Assembly: GCA_021818545.1 (NCBI GenBank)
Contig: JAKATX010000001.1
Location: forward strand, 47,061 to 111,060
Source of the DNA: Candidatus Micrarchaeota archaeon
GTDB taxonomy: Archaea; Micrarchaeota; Micrarchaeia; Micrarchaeales; Micrarchaeaceae
Direction: 5' to 3'
DNA: 64,000 bases
Position numbers and translations under genes: made by a program. Under the pieces are notes generated by a model. That model had not been told where the DNA came from. It worked only from the letters and a program-made list of their open reading frames with translations, and made no database searches. Shown piece by piece: positions 25,232 through 33,664 of this stretch; position 1 is the stretch's first letter; each line of letters opens with the position of its first letter.

Positions 25232-27103
25232 GTGAAAATTTCTGGTTATCTTGCATTGGCGGTCTTGCTTCTTGCAGCAGCGCAGCTCACAGACGCAGGC
25301 GTTGTTGGCACCGCCAGCATACATGCGCCTGCAGTCATATTGGGCAACAACACAGGAAGCCTGACCATAATAAACCTTACGGTGACGGACGGAAATGGCA
25401 ATGTTACCATAGTGGGACCAGCATCCGTGGCGCCTTCTACGCTGCAGTCAGCCCAAGTCGCGGTTTATTATGCGGCGAAGTACCTTAACATAAACCAGTA
25501 CAACTACAACTTCACATACGACATACATGATGATTATTCAAACGTATCCGGACCGAGCGCAGGAGCTGCAATGACTCTGCTGGCCATTTCTGCCCTTACC
25601 AATAAGCCTTTGATGCAGGACTTCACCATAACAGGTACCATAAGCCCGAATGGGTCCATAGGCGAGATAGGAGGCGTGTATGACAAGATAGGCGCCGCAT
25701 CCGCAATGGGAATGAAGTACGCGCTGGTGCCTGCGGTGCCTTATGGGAGCGGAGAGGACGTTTTATACCTTCTGGTGCAGAGCACTTTCGGCGTGCCGCT
25801 CGTGCAAGTAAGCAATATAAGCCAGGCGCTGCCGTATGGCTATGGGACTTACAAGAACCTAAGCAAAGTCGCATACAATTTCTACACCAATTACAATGTA
25901 GGCGGGCTGCAGCAGTCTGGTGCTCTCTGCAGCAATGGGTGCAATTCCAGCGCATTCTCCGTTCTCAGCAACTTCACGATAAATTTCACTAAGAACGAGG
26001 TAGAGACGCTATCCCCGTACCCTGCCTTCAACGATACCGCATCGCAACTTATGCGCTCGCTCAACCAAAGCGAGCAGTTGAATGCATTGGGCTACAATTA
26101 CCTTGCGGCTGACCTTGCCTTCATTGACTACCAGACGGCATTCTACTTCGGCAACCATCTTGTCACAAGGGCCGGCGGATTCAGCACTCTGGAAGGAATA
26201 AGCAGGTTCTGCAATACCTTCATACCGCCGCAGCTGACATCGAGCAATTATGAATACGTGTTAGGAGGGGAGCTCAGGCAGGCATGGGGCAATTATACTA
26301 TAACGAGCTCGATAAACAGCTACAACCAGACCGGATTCGACAGCGATCAAGTGCTTGCAGAGATGGCGCAGGGCGCAAATGGTAACGGATGGTGCAACGC
26401 TGCGCATGAGATGTACACAATCGCCAGTGGCATTGGCGGACCGAATGTCGCGGTGTCACAATCATTGAACTCCGTAGCGCTGAACAGGGTGGACAGGGCT
26501 TTGGCTTACGGGCCGGGGTTATACCTCGACACTGCGGAATCGGCGTATAAACAGGGCAACTACCCGCTTGCCATCCTGGATGCAGATTACGCTTATGCGC
26601 TTTCATACTCCCCGAATGTTACTGCGGAGCAGAAGTACAACATGACTTTGGCCATGGACTCGAATGCGACATACGGCGTCTGGGCATCGCAATTCGCCGG
26701 TGAATCGAAATTTTACATTTACGAGGCCAAGATTGCCAACAACGAGAGCAATGCCAGCCTTTACCTGGACCAGGCGTATTCTACCGCATTGCTGGCGAGC
26801 CAAATGAGCAATGATATGCAGGTGATATATGACAACCTGCAGCCAACTGGCCAGAATACGCAACCCGGCAAGATGAACAGCACAGCGTACAGCGTGCCAA
26901 GCATAGTTGATCTTACGCAGGTCCAGAACGACTTGACCCAATTGGACAAGCTGATGACAGCATTATTTATAGTTATTGCAGGCATATTCATTGTCAATGC
27001 CGCCATATGGATAATCCTGATAAAGGAGCGCCATGAGAGGAGGGCGTCTCGCGAGGCCGACAAGAACGTGCCTGCGCGTATGCGGCAAAAAGTTTCTAGG
27101 TGA
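25232..27103 (+). CDS. Extracytoplasmic, C-terminally membrane-anchored Lon-like (S16) serine peptidase
   Basis: Signal peptide MKISGYLALAVLLLAAAQ. Lon proteolytic motif VSGPSAGAAMTLL...TGTISPNGSIGEIGGVYDKIGAA (Ser-Lys dyad). No AAA module. C-terminal TM helix plus a basic tail. Confidence 0.7.
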   Translation: MKISGYLALAVLLLAAAQLTDAGVVGTASIHAPAVILGNNTGSLTIINLTVTDGNGNVTIVGPASVAPSTLQSAQVAVYYAAKYLNINQYNYNFTYDIHDDYSNVSGPSAGAAMTLLAISALTNKPLMQDFTITGTISPNGSIGEIGGVYDKIGAASAMGMKYALVPAVPYGSGEDVLYLLVQSTFGVPLVQVSNISQALPYGYGTYKNLSKVAYNFYTNYNVGGLQQSGALCSNGCNSSAFSVLSNFTINFTKNEVETLSPYPAFNDTASQLMRSLNQSEQLNALGYNYLAADLAFIDYQTAFYFGNHLVTRAGGFSTLEGISRFCNTFIPPQLTSSNYEYVLGGELRQAWGNYTITSSINSYNQTGFDSDQVLAEMAQGANGNGWCNAAHEMYTIASGIGGPNVAVSQSLNSVALNRVDRALAYGPGLYLDTAESAYKQGNYPLAILDADYAYALSYSPNVTAEQKYNMTLAMDSNATYGVWASQFAGESKFYIYEAKIANNESNASLYLDQAYSTALLASQMSNDMQVIYDNLQPTGQNTQPGKMNSTAYSVPSIVDLTQVQNDLTQLDKLMTALFIVIAGIFIVNAAIWIILIKERHERRASREADKNVPARMRQKVSR

Positions 27104-27119
27104 GTTAATAACCGATGTA

Positions 27120-27278
27120 TTGCCAGGTAAAGTATGCGTGTCTTGCGGTCATCTGAGCAGCGAGTATACAGAATTCTCATGCCCGAAATGCGGCAAGAGC
27201 GGAGTTATAAGATGCTACCACTGCAGGGAGATATCAAACACGTACAGATGTTCTGATTGCGGTTTCGAGGGACCATGA
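27120..27278 (+). CDS. Small Zn-ribbon protein (COG2888/DUF1610-like), the conserved upstream neighbour of aEF-1beta
   Basis: CVSCG...CPKCG...CYHC...CSDCGFEGP. I propose a TTG start at 27120, because the ATG at 27033 would overlap the preceding gene by 71 nt. Confidence 0.65.
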   Translation: MPGKVCVSCGHLSSEYTEFSCPKCGKSGVIRCYHCREISNTYRCSDCGFEGP

Positions 27279-27529
27279 TGGCGAAGGCTACTATATTGTT
27301 TAAGGTGTATCCAACGGACCCGGAAAAGGTCCAACAGACCATGGATAGCATAAAGGCGGCGATGAATCCGGCTGCAATGCAGGCGCAGGAGGTAGCTTTT
27401 GGGATAAAACTCGTAAAAGTGCTTTTCATCTACGAATCGGATAAGGCCGGTTCCTCCCAGCTTGAGGATCGGCTGAAAAAGGTCCAGGGCGTTAGTGAGG
27501 TAGAGGTAGAGGAAGAAACGCTCATGTGA
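27275..27529 (+). CDS. ef1b: Translation elongation factor aEF-1beta
   Basis: MMAKATILFKVYPTD...AFGIKLVKVLFIY...VQGVSEVEVEEETLM. Its ATG overlaps the stop of the Zn-ribbon gene (ATGA). Confidence 0.85.
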   Translation: MMAKATILFKVYPTDPEKVQQTMDSIKAAMNPAAMQAQEVAFGIKLVKVLFIYESDKAGSSQLEDRLKKVQGVSEVEVEEETLM

Positions 27530-27606
27530 GCCATAACCCCTATTTCTTTCTTGGAATCCTGAATAGGCAATGCTAAATCTAATTCTAAAAACTGGTTCCA
27601 GAAAGT

Positions 27607-27617
27607 AATATAAAAAT
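27607..27617 (+). promoter_or_regulatory. Putative TATA box (aatataaaaat) ~24 nt upstream of the ATG at 27636
   Basis: The sequence and its spacing are consistent with a leaderless transcript. Confidence 0.35.
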
Positions 27618-27635
27618 CACCGGCGATTTGATTAT

Positions 27636-28211
27636 ATGGATGCAAAAGAAAGCCGCAACTTGGGCAAGGTACTGAACTTCGAGCTTGGCAAGAAACGTTT
27701 TGTCAAGGTAAGCTTCAAGGAGATGAAGAAGTACTCCGAGGACCTGGCCACCGAGATACTTAAGCGCTACGGCCCACCAGATGTCATAGTATACGCGCAG
27801 AGGGGAGGCATGCTGATAGCTAGGCTGCTGAGCGACGCCCTTAACGTGCGCAACCTAGTCTGCATCAGCGCCATGTATTACTCCAAATCCAACACGAGAT
27901 ACGCCAGCGTAAAGACAGGGGGCGTACCGAAGATAGATGCCAAGTCGTATATACTCGTCGTAGATGATATAGCGGATACCGGCAAGACCCTAAAGACGCT
28001 ATGCAGTGGGATACGCTCAAAGTCAAGATCCAAGGTTATAACGTGCACTTTCGGGATGAAGCCTCAGTCTGTGATCAAGCCCGACTTATGCGATTTTCGC
28101 GTTAGCAACGATACGTGGGTAATATTTGAGTACGAAGAGTTTGAGACCACAAGAAACTTCTCACAGACCGGAAACGAAGCAGGGCTTAGGTTCATAAAGC
28201 AGAACTTTTAG
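27636..28211 (+). CDS. Purine (hypoxanthine/xanthine-guanine type) phosphoribosyltransferase
   Basis: PRPP-binding motif YILVVDDIADTGKTL. Length is ~190 aa. Confidence 0.7.
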   Translation: MDAKESRNLGKVLNFELGKKRFVKVSFKEMKKYSEDLATEILKRYGPPDVIVYAQRGGMLIARLLSDALNVRNLVCISAMYYSKSNTRYASVKTGGVPKIDAKSYILVVDDIADTGKTLKTLCSGIRSKSRSKVITCTFGMKPQSVIKPDLCDFRVSNDTWVIFEYEEFETTRNFSQTGNEAGLRFIKQNF

Positions 28212-28426
28212 CTGCAATGCGTGACACAACTTTCAACCTCTTCCTTATGCTGTCCCAGTGGGTTCCCTCCCAATACTGCTTCTTGCAGTGATTGCAATAA
28301 CTGAAGGAGCGGTGCCTGGATGCTATTCCATTCTCTACGCCATGCCTGAGCGCGAAGGCAGGCTTCACTGTCATTAGTTTAGCGCAACATTTAGTACAAA
28401 ATACATGTGCAGGTTCGGTATGCACC
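28192..28426 (-). pseudogene. C-terminal (Zn-ribbon) fragment of a Mut7-C/DUF82 PIN-like nuclease gene split by an IS insertion
   Basis: FCTKCCAKL...YCNHCKKQYWEGTHWDSIRKRL is the Mut7-C C-terminal CxxC...CxxC-YW-G-H pattern. It joins in frame to the fragment at 29781-30043 once 28427-29780 is removed. Confidence 0.75.
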
Positions 28427-29780
28427 GTGACATCCTCCCACCCGTGAACGGCGTGGGCTTCCTCTGCGTTCATGCAATCGCTGCATCCCGCAAAGGATGT
28501 GTTTTATCGGTTCTCAGTTCGTCGAGTCCGTTTGCATTCCCTGTTGGAACGTATTGACGATTCTCTCCCTGAGCGTGACTTTCCCTCTGTCCGGGGGTAG
28601 CTCTTTTGAGTATGTTTATTGATGCGTTTATGTCCCTGTCCTTTGACATTCCGCATCTCTGGCAGATGTACGTTCTTTCCGAGAGTGGCATCTCCTGAAT
28701 GTTGCCGCAATTACTGCACTCCTTTGAGGTGTTCCTTGCATCCACCTTGACTACACTCAAACCAGCACTTTCAGCCTTGTATGAGAGGAGTTGGATGAAC
28801 CTGTTCCATGAAGCATCATGTATTGAACTTGCCAACCTATGATTCTTTACCATGTTTTGGATACGGAGGTCTTCTACTGCGAATGAAGTGTATCCTGAAT
28901 TGACGAGAGCGTCTGAAAGTTTATGAAGGTAGTCGCCAGATTGATTTGCGGAATATTCGTATGTTTTTTAGAGATGCGCCTTTGCCCTCTGCCTTCTCCT
29001 TGAGCCTTTGTTCCCCCTTGCGACTATTCTCTGCCAATATGCAATCCTCTTTCTGTTCTGTTGCATGAACCTTGGTTTCTCTATCTTTGTTCCATCTGAC
29101 AGTGCAATAAATGAATCCGATCCCAAATCTATCCCTACTGGATCGGTATCTTCCACTTTGGGAATTTTGGCATTGGTTATCGTTGTGAAAACTGCATAAT
29201 AACTCTTTCCTTCCCTCTTTATCGAAAGAGTCTTTATTGCACCTTCTATCTTCCTATGCAACTCTATCGGCATTGTTCCTATTCTTGAGACCCTTAGCCT
29301 GTCCTTCCTTATCGAGAAAGAGCCGTTGTCCTGCGGATATGTTATTGACTTGTATCTGTCCCGTGACCTGAATCTCGGGAATCCTGCCTTTCTGTTTCCT
29401 TCCTTGATCCTTCTGAAGAAGTTCTGGTATGCTTTTAGAAGCCTGAATTCTATCTCGCATCTTGTCTGCGAATAGAGTTTCAGGTATCTCTTGTCATCTT
29501 GGATTGCCTCTTTTACGAATCTGTTGAATTGAGCCATCGAGACCTTGGTCTTTCCATTTTTATAGGACTCGATTGACTTCTCAAGAATCTTGTTGTAGAA
29601 CTGTTGTGCAATAATCAGCCTTTCGTCTATCTCTCCCTGCCTTGTAGCGTCGGGGTGGATTCTGAACTTGTAGGCTCTTGTCAGTCCCATGCAACCTATA
29701 TTTCCATCCATATCTATACGCCTTACTACGGTTCGCTTTCATCCCACCCATGAATGGTGTGGGATTTCCCGCTCACTTTG
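28427..29780 (-). mobile_element. IS200/IS605-family, TnpB-only (IS1341-like) insertion sequence, 1,354 bp, inserted 3' of a TTAA
   Basis: It has a tnpB ORF and related subterminal imperfect hairpins CCCAC(A/G)CC-N6-GGGTGGG at both ends. There is no target duplication. The boundaries are set by comparison with the solo copy at 60716-60763 and by in-frame restoration of the host gene. Confidence 0.8.
28470..29711 (-). pseudogene. tnpB: tnpB (RuvC-like RNA-guided nuclease) interrupted by a single in-frame TAA at 28968-28970
   Basis: N-terminus AYKFRIHP. RuvC motifs GIDLG, AVEDL and RDINASINI. Zn finger CSNCG...CQRCG. The ORFs 28968-29711 and 28470-28853 are in the same frame, and the codons between them read through as ...AKAHL*KTYEYSANQSGDYLHKLS... 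Confidence 0.85.
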
Positions 29781-30043
29781 TTAAGGTTGAGCGATTTTAT
29801 TATGAAAGCTAGCTGCCCGTTCAGGTCCTTCTGGCCAACGAGCAATACCTCTATGCCGCGCTTCTTTGCCCTCAGCGAGAGCTGCACATCGGACGTCAAT
29901 AGCACCGCGCCGGCCCTCTTCGAAACCTTTAGTATCTGGTCATCGCCTTGCACGGGCACGTCCATTGCTGCTATGCCTGCGAGCCCGAGCCATCGCGAGG
30001 TCTTTGCAAGCATAACGTCTGCGAGTATATGGCCTTTTACCAT
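29781..30043 (-). pseudogene. N-terminal (PIN-like) fragment of the Mut7-C/DUF82 nuclease gene split by the IS
   Basis: ILADVMLAKTSRWLGLAGI...AVLLTSDVQL matches the Mut7-C N-terminal domain pattern. The ORF then runs into the IS left end and terminates there. Confidence 0.75.
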
Positions 30044-30124
30044 CGTGAAACGCCAGTTTCTCGCATACTATTTAATAGACATCATCTAAATATCTCTGTC
30101 TGCTTATCGTATGGTGCTAATTGC

Positions 30125-32428
30125 ATGATAAGATCCATAGAGCTTATCAACTGGAAAACCCACAGGAACACCAAACTGGACTTCAAGAATGGTGTGAACG
30201 TGCTAATAGGCATAATGGGCGCGGGGAAAAGCTCCGTGCTAGATGCCATATCGTTCGCGCTTTTCGGCACTTTCCCTGCACTGAAGAGCAGGAAGATCGC
30301 GTCGAACGATCTCATAACCAACAGGCCGGAGGAGGAACAGGAAGCAAAGGTCAGGTTAGAATTTGAAGTCGACGGCAACGTGTATGCCGTATTAAGGACA
30401 ATAAACTTGCGCAGCAGCAGCACGGCAAAGCTTGAAAGGAACGGCGAGTACCTGCAGACGCAGGCAGAGAGGGTGAACGAGGAGATAGGGCACCTGCTCA
30501 AGACGGACTATGAGACGTTCTCGCGCGCGATATACGCAGAGCAAAACAACCTTGACTATTTCCTTGAACTGACCAAGAGCGACAGGAAGAAGCAGATAGA
30601 CGGCATGCTTGGGCTGGACCAGTTCGCCGCTGCAGAGGACAACGCCACGTCTCTGATAAACAGCATAAAGTCTATGATAGGAGACGAGGAAAGCACGCTG
30701 GCGCAAATCGATATGAAATCTTACAAGGCGCAGCTGGGGAAATTAGGGGAGGAATTAGCCGGGATGGAAAAGGAGCAGATCTCGCTCAAGGCGACGGAGA
30801 AGAAGACCGCAGCGGATGTTGATTCCATAAGGAAGAAGTTGGATGAAGCCAAGGCGCTGCAGTCCAAGAAGGCCGTGCTGGAGAAGGAGATCGCCGCCAT
30901 AAACGGAAAGACCGCGGCTATGGAGGATGAGATTGCCAAGATAAACAAGCTCAATATAGACAGTGAGTCGGTGAAAGCCGGCCTCAAGGCAGCAAAGGAG
31001 TCCAAGGCAGCTGTCGAGACTGCATTGGACAAGCTCGGGACGGACCTTAAGGATGCCACGTCTAAGGCCGCATCACTCTCTACCGCGATAGAATCAAATG
31101 AAAAGAAGGCCAAGGACAGGGATGCCATACTCGCTAAAATCAAAGGTAAGACTGTCGATGCGTCCAATGAGCGCGTCAAGAAATGCGAGATATCGCTAAG
31201 GGAGCTCAATGATTCCATGGCACGCAACAGGGCCCTTGGAAAGGAGGTGGCGGCTTGGCTAGAAGAGCTTAAGAAGCACATAGGCAAGTGCCCGCTCTGC
31301 GAACGCGAGCTTGACGGCGCGCTTAAGGAGAAGCTGTTGAAGGACAAGAGCGCGCTGATGGGCGGCATAGACAAGGAGCTGTCCGAACTCGGCAAGCGCA
31401 TACCGGAAGCCGAGGCGGGACTAAAAGCTGCAAAGGAGGAAGCAGTGAGAGTCGCAGTATATACCAGCAAGCTGAAGGATTATGAAGGGATTGAAAACGC
31501 CATCGCGAAGGACAGAACGGAACTCGCTGCCATAAAACCAAAATGTTCCGCGCTGGAGAAGGACATCAAAGCGAAGGGGCTGGAGCGGGATGCGTTCTCC
31601 GAGTCGATAAACAAGCTGAATGCGGACATGGAATCAACAAAGAGAAAAGCAGCGTACGTTGACGAGTTGGCCAGGGCCGGCACCATAGTGAAACGCAAAA
31701 CAGACGAGATGAAAGCAATAGCTGTCGATGACAAATTGGTTGATGCCATGCGGGGCGACCTCGAGGGCAAGGCTGCGGAATTGAGCGGCGCGCGCGCCAG
31801 GCTGAGCTCCAGCATCAAGTACACCGAGAGCCTGAGATCGCAGATAGACGAGAAGGCAAAGCAGGTGGCAAACTTTGAGGTGATAGAAGCCAGGATAGCG
31901 AAGCGGAGGGATCACATTGGAAACCTCAACAAGTTCAAGAGTGCGCTTATGGAAACAGAGGCGCTCCTCAGGAACATGCTCGTCTCTTCCATAAACAGCC
32001 TCATGAACGGGCTTTGGCCGGAGCTATACCCTTATGGCGATTATAGACGGATACGGTTGACAAGCAAAAAGGACGATTACCTGCTGGAAGCAGACCTGGG
32101 CAGAGGAGGCGCAGAGTACTGGGCGTCGGTCGATGCAGTAGCAAGCGGAGGCGAGAGGACCATAGCGTGCCTCGCGATGAGGGTGGCAATGTCCATGGTA
32201 ATAGTGCCAAACCTGAAGTGGATAATACTTGACGAACCGACGCACAACCTTGATTCCAACGGCATATCAAGGCTCATAAATGTCCTTGGGGAGAATCTAC
32301 CTAAGGTAGTCGACCAGATATTCGTAATAACACATGAGGAGAGCATGAAGCAGATAGGCTCCGCGATAGTCTACACGCTCGACAGGGACAAGTCCGTGGA
32401 CGGCCCGACAACCGTATCGGAACTTTGA
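30125..32428 (+). CDS. rad50: Rad50-type SMC-like DNA repair ATPase (767 aa)
   Basis: Walker A GIMGAGKSSVLDAISFALFG, a long coiled coil with zinc hook KCPLCEREL, signature SGGERTIACLA and Walker B IILDEPTHNLD. The ORF upstream of ATG 30125 overlaps the divergent gene and is rejected. Confidence 0.85.
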   Translation: MIRSIELINWKTHRNTKLDFKNGVNVLIGIMGAGKSSVLDAISFALFGTFPALKSRKIASNDLITNRPEEEQEAKVRLEFEVDGNVYAVLRTINLRSSSTAKLERNGEYLQTQAERVNEEIGHLLKTDYETFSRAIYAEQNNLDYFLELTKSDRKKQIDGMLGLDQFAAAEDNATSLINSIKSMIGDEESTLAQIDMKSYKAQLGKLGEELAGMEKEQISLKATEKKTAADVDSIRKKLDEAKALQSKKAVLEKEIAAINGKTAAMEDEIAKINKLNIDSESVKAGLKAAKESKAAVETALDKLGTDLKDATSKAASLSTAIESNEKKAKDRDAILAKIKGKTVDASNERVKKCEISLRELNDSMARNRALGKEVAAWLEELKKHIGKCPLCERELDGALKEKLLKDKSALMGGIDKELSELGKRIPEAEAGLKAAKEEAVRVAVYTSKLKDYEGIENAIAKDRTELAAIKPKCSALEKDIKAKGLERDAFSESINKLNADMESTKRKAAYVDELARAGTIVKRKTDEMKAIAVDDKLVDAMRGDLEGKAAELSGARARLSSSIKYTESLRSQIDEKAKQVANFEVIEARIAKRRDHIGNLNKFKSALMETEALLRNMLVSSINSLMNGLWPELYPYGDYRRIRLTSKKDDYLLEADLGRGGAEYWASVDAVASGGERTIACLAMRVAMSMVIVPNLKWIILDEPTHNLDSNGISRLINVLGENLPKVVDQIFVITHEESMKQIGSAIVYTLDRDKSVDGPTTVSEL

Positions 32429-32432
32429 CGCT

Positions 32433-33473
32433 TTATAGAAGGTCTAACCCAAGGCCGCCGTCGGAATGCTGGGGCTGGCGCGGGGATCCTATTATCGAAT
32501 CGCTTTGCACGCCGGTAAAAACCGCTATCACCTCGACCTTTCCGATATATGACGGGTCTATCCTTGCGCCCCAGAGCACGTTGGCGTTAGGAGCCGTAAG
32601 GCCGGTAAGCTTATTCCCTATGTCGTTCGCATCCCCTAATGTCAGGTCAGTTCCTCCGGTTATGTGAAGCAGTATTCCGGTCGCGCCTTCGTAATCAACG
32701 TCCAGCAGCTTGTTCTGGAGGGTATTGCTAACCACCTTTTCGACCCTGTCATTGCCGGAAGCCTCGCCGACGCTTATCATGGCCAGGCCGCCGTTCGACA
32801 TTATAGTGCGCAAGTCCGCGAAATCAAGGTTTATCAGGCTTGGGGTGTTTATGGTTTCGGCTATGCCGCGCACGGCCCTAGTAGTTATCTCATCGGCTAT
32901 CCTGAATGCTTCCTCTATCGCCACGTTGGGATACAGGTTGACGAGCTTCTGGTTGTCTATCACTATCAGCGTATCGACGTTCTTCCTCAGCTCTTCTATG
33001 CCCTTCTTTGCAGTCGCTATCCTGACGCCTTCGAGCCTGAAAGGGAACGTCACTATCCCTATGACGATTGCGCCGGACCTCTTTGCCACGTCCGCGACGA
33101 CGGGAGCCGCACCAGTGCCGGTGCCTCCTCCCATGCCTGCAGCCACAAATACCAGGTTATAACCATTCAATGCGCTCTCTATCTTAGTGCGGGAGAACTC
33201 TGCGGCCCTGGAACCTACCTGAGGGAATCCGCCTGCGCCCAGTCCTCTGGTCAGCACGTCACCTATGAGAAGGCGGTTTATTGACGGGTCAAGGCCGTTT
33301 AAGTGCTTCGCATCGGTGTTCACAGCTATCAGCGATGCGCCTTTTATCCCTGTCCTGCTCAGCCTCTGGACGGTGTTGCTGCCGCCGCCGCCGACTCCGC
33401 AGACCGCGATCCTTGCCTTGAAGAATTCGTCATCATTCGAGTTGTTTGTAAGCGCGCTAGATAGTATGTCCAT
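32433..33473 (-). CDS. ftsZ: Cell division GTPase FtsZ
   Basis: CGVGGGGSNTV and the tubulin signature GMGGGTGTGAAPVVA. Confidence 0.95.
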   Translation of the reverse strand: MDILSSALTNNSNDDEFFKARIAVCGVGGGGSNTVQRLSRTGIKGASLIAVNTDAKHLNGLDPSINRLLIGDVLTRGLGAGGFPQVGSRAAEFSRTKIESALNGYNLVFVAAGMGGGTGTGAAPVVADVAKRSGAIVIGIVTFPFRLEGVRIATAKKGIEELRKNVDTLIVIDNQKLVNLYPNVAIEEAFRIADEITTRAVRGIAETINTPSLINLDFADLRTIMSNGGLAMISVGEASGNDRVEKVVSNTLQNKLLDVDYEGATGILLHITGGTDLTLGDANDIGNKLTGLTAPNANVLWGARIDPSYIGKVEVIAVFTGVQSDSIIGSPRQPQHSDGGLGLDLL

Positions 33474-33664
33474 TATACCACGTTAGAGATAATAACAAAA
33501 AAGCTATAAAATGGTATTCTATAATAATAGTATTTGGTTTATCACTGCTCATGTGGAGCGGGGACTATAGCGATTTATGTCAGAAGCAGATTTTGGAAGC
33601 ACATTGCCGGAACATTTCAGTCTATTACTTAGATTTCTTGCGGCACGGGGAAGGATGGTGACTT

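Noticed and set aside
25180-25488. A 102-aa ORF overlapping the start of the Lon-like gene.
   Set aside because: It is out of frame with a gene that has a clear signal peptide and S16 motifs, and its product is Arg/His/Cys-rich junk.
28504-28710. A 68-aa alternative-frame ORF inside tnpB, and 29254-29460 likewise.
   Set aside because: They overlap the TnpB frame, which carries the RuvC and Zn-finger motifs.
29948-30124. An N-terminal extension of the Rad50 ORF (MHGHVHCCYACEP...).
   Set aside because: It overlaps the divergent Mut7-C fragment and promoter region. The canonical Rad50 N-terminus (MIRSIELINWKTH) begins at ATG 30125.
30721-31470. A 249-aa minus-strand ORF, with similar long antisense ORFs at 49312-50064, 62500-63369, 15178-15762, 22927-23511 and 41159-41785.
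   Set aside because: Each is antisense to a gene with strong family motifs (Rad50, AAA ATPase, S2P, PyrG, MCM, NiCoT). Their Ser/Ala/Leu-rich composition marks them as shadow ORFs.
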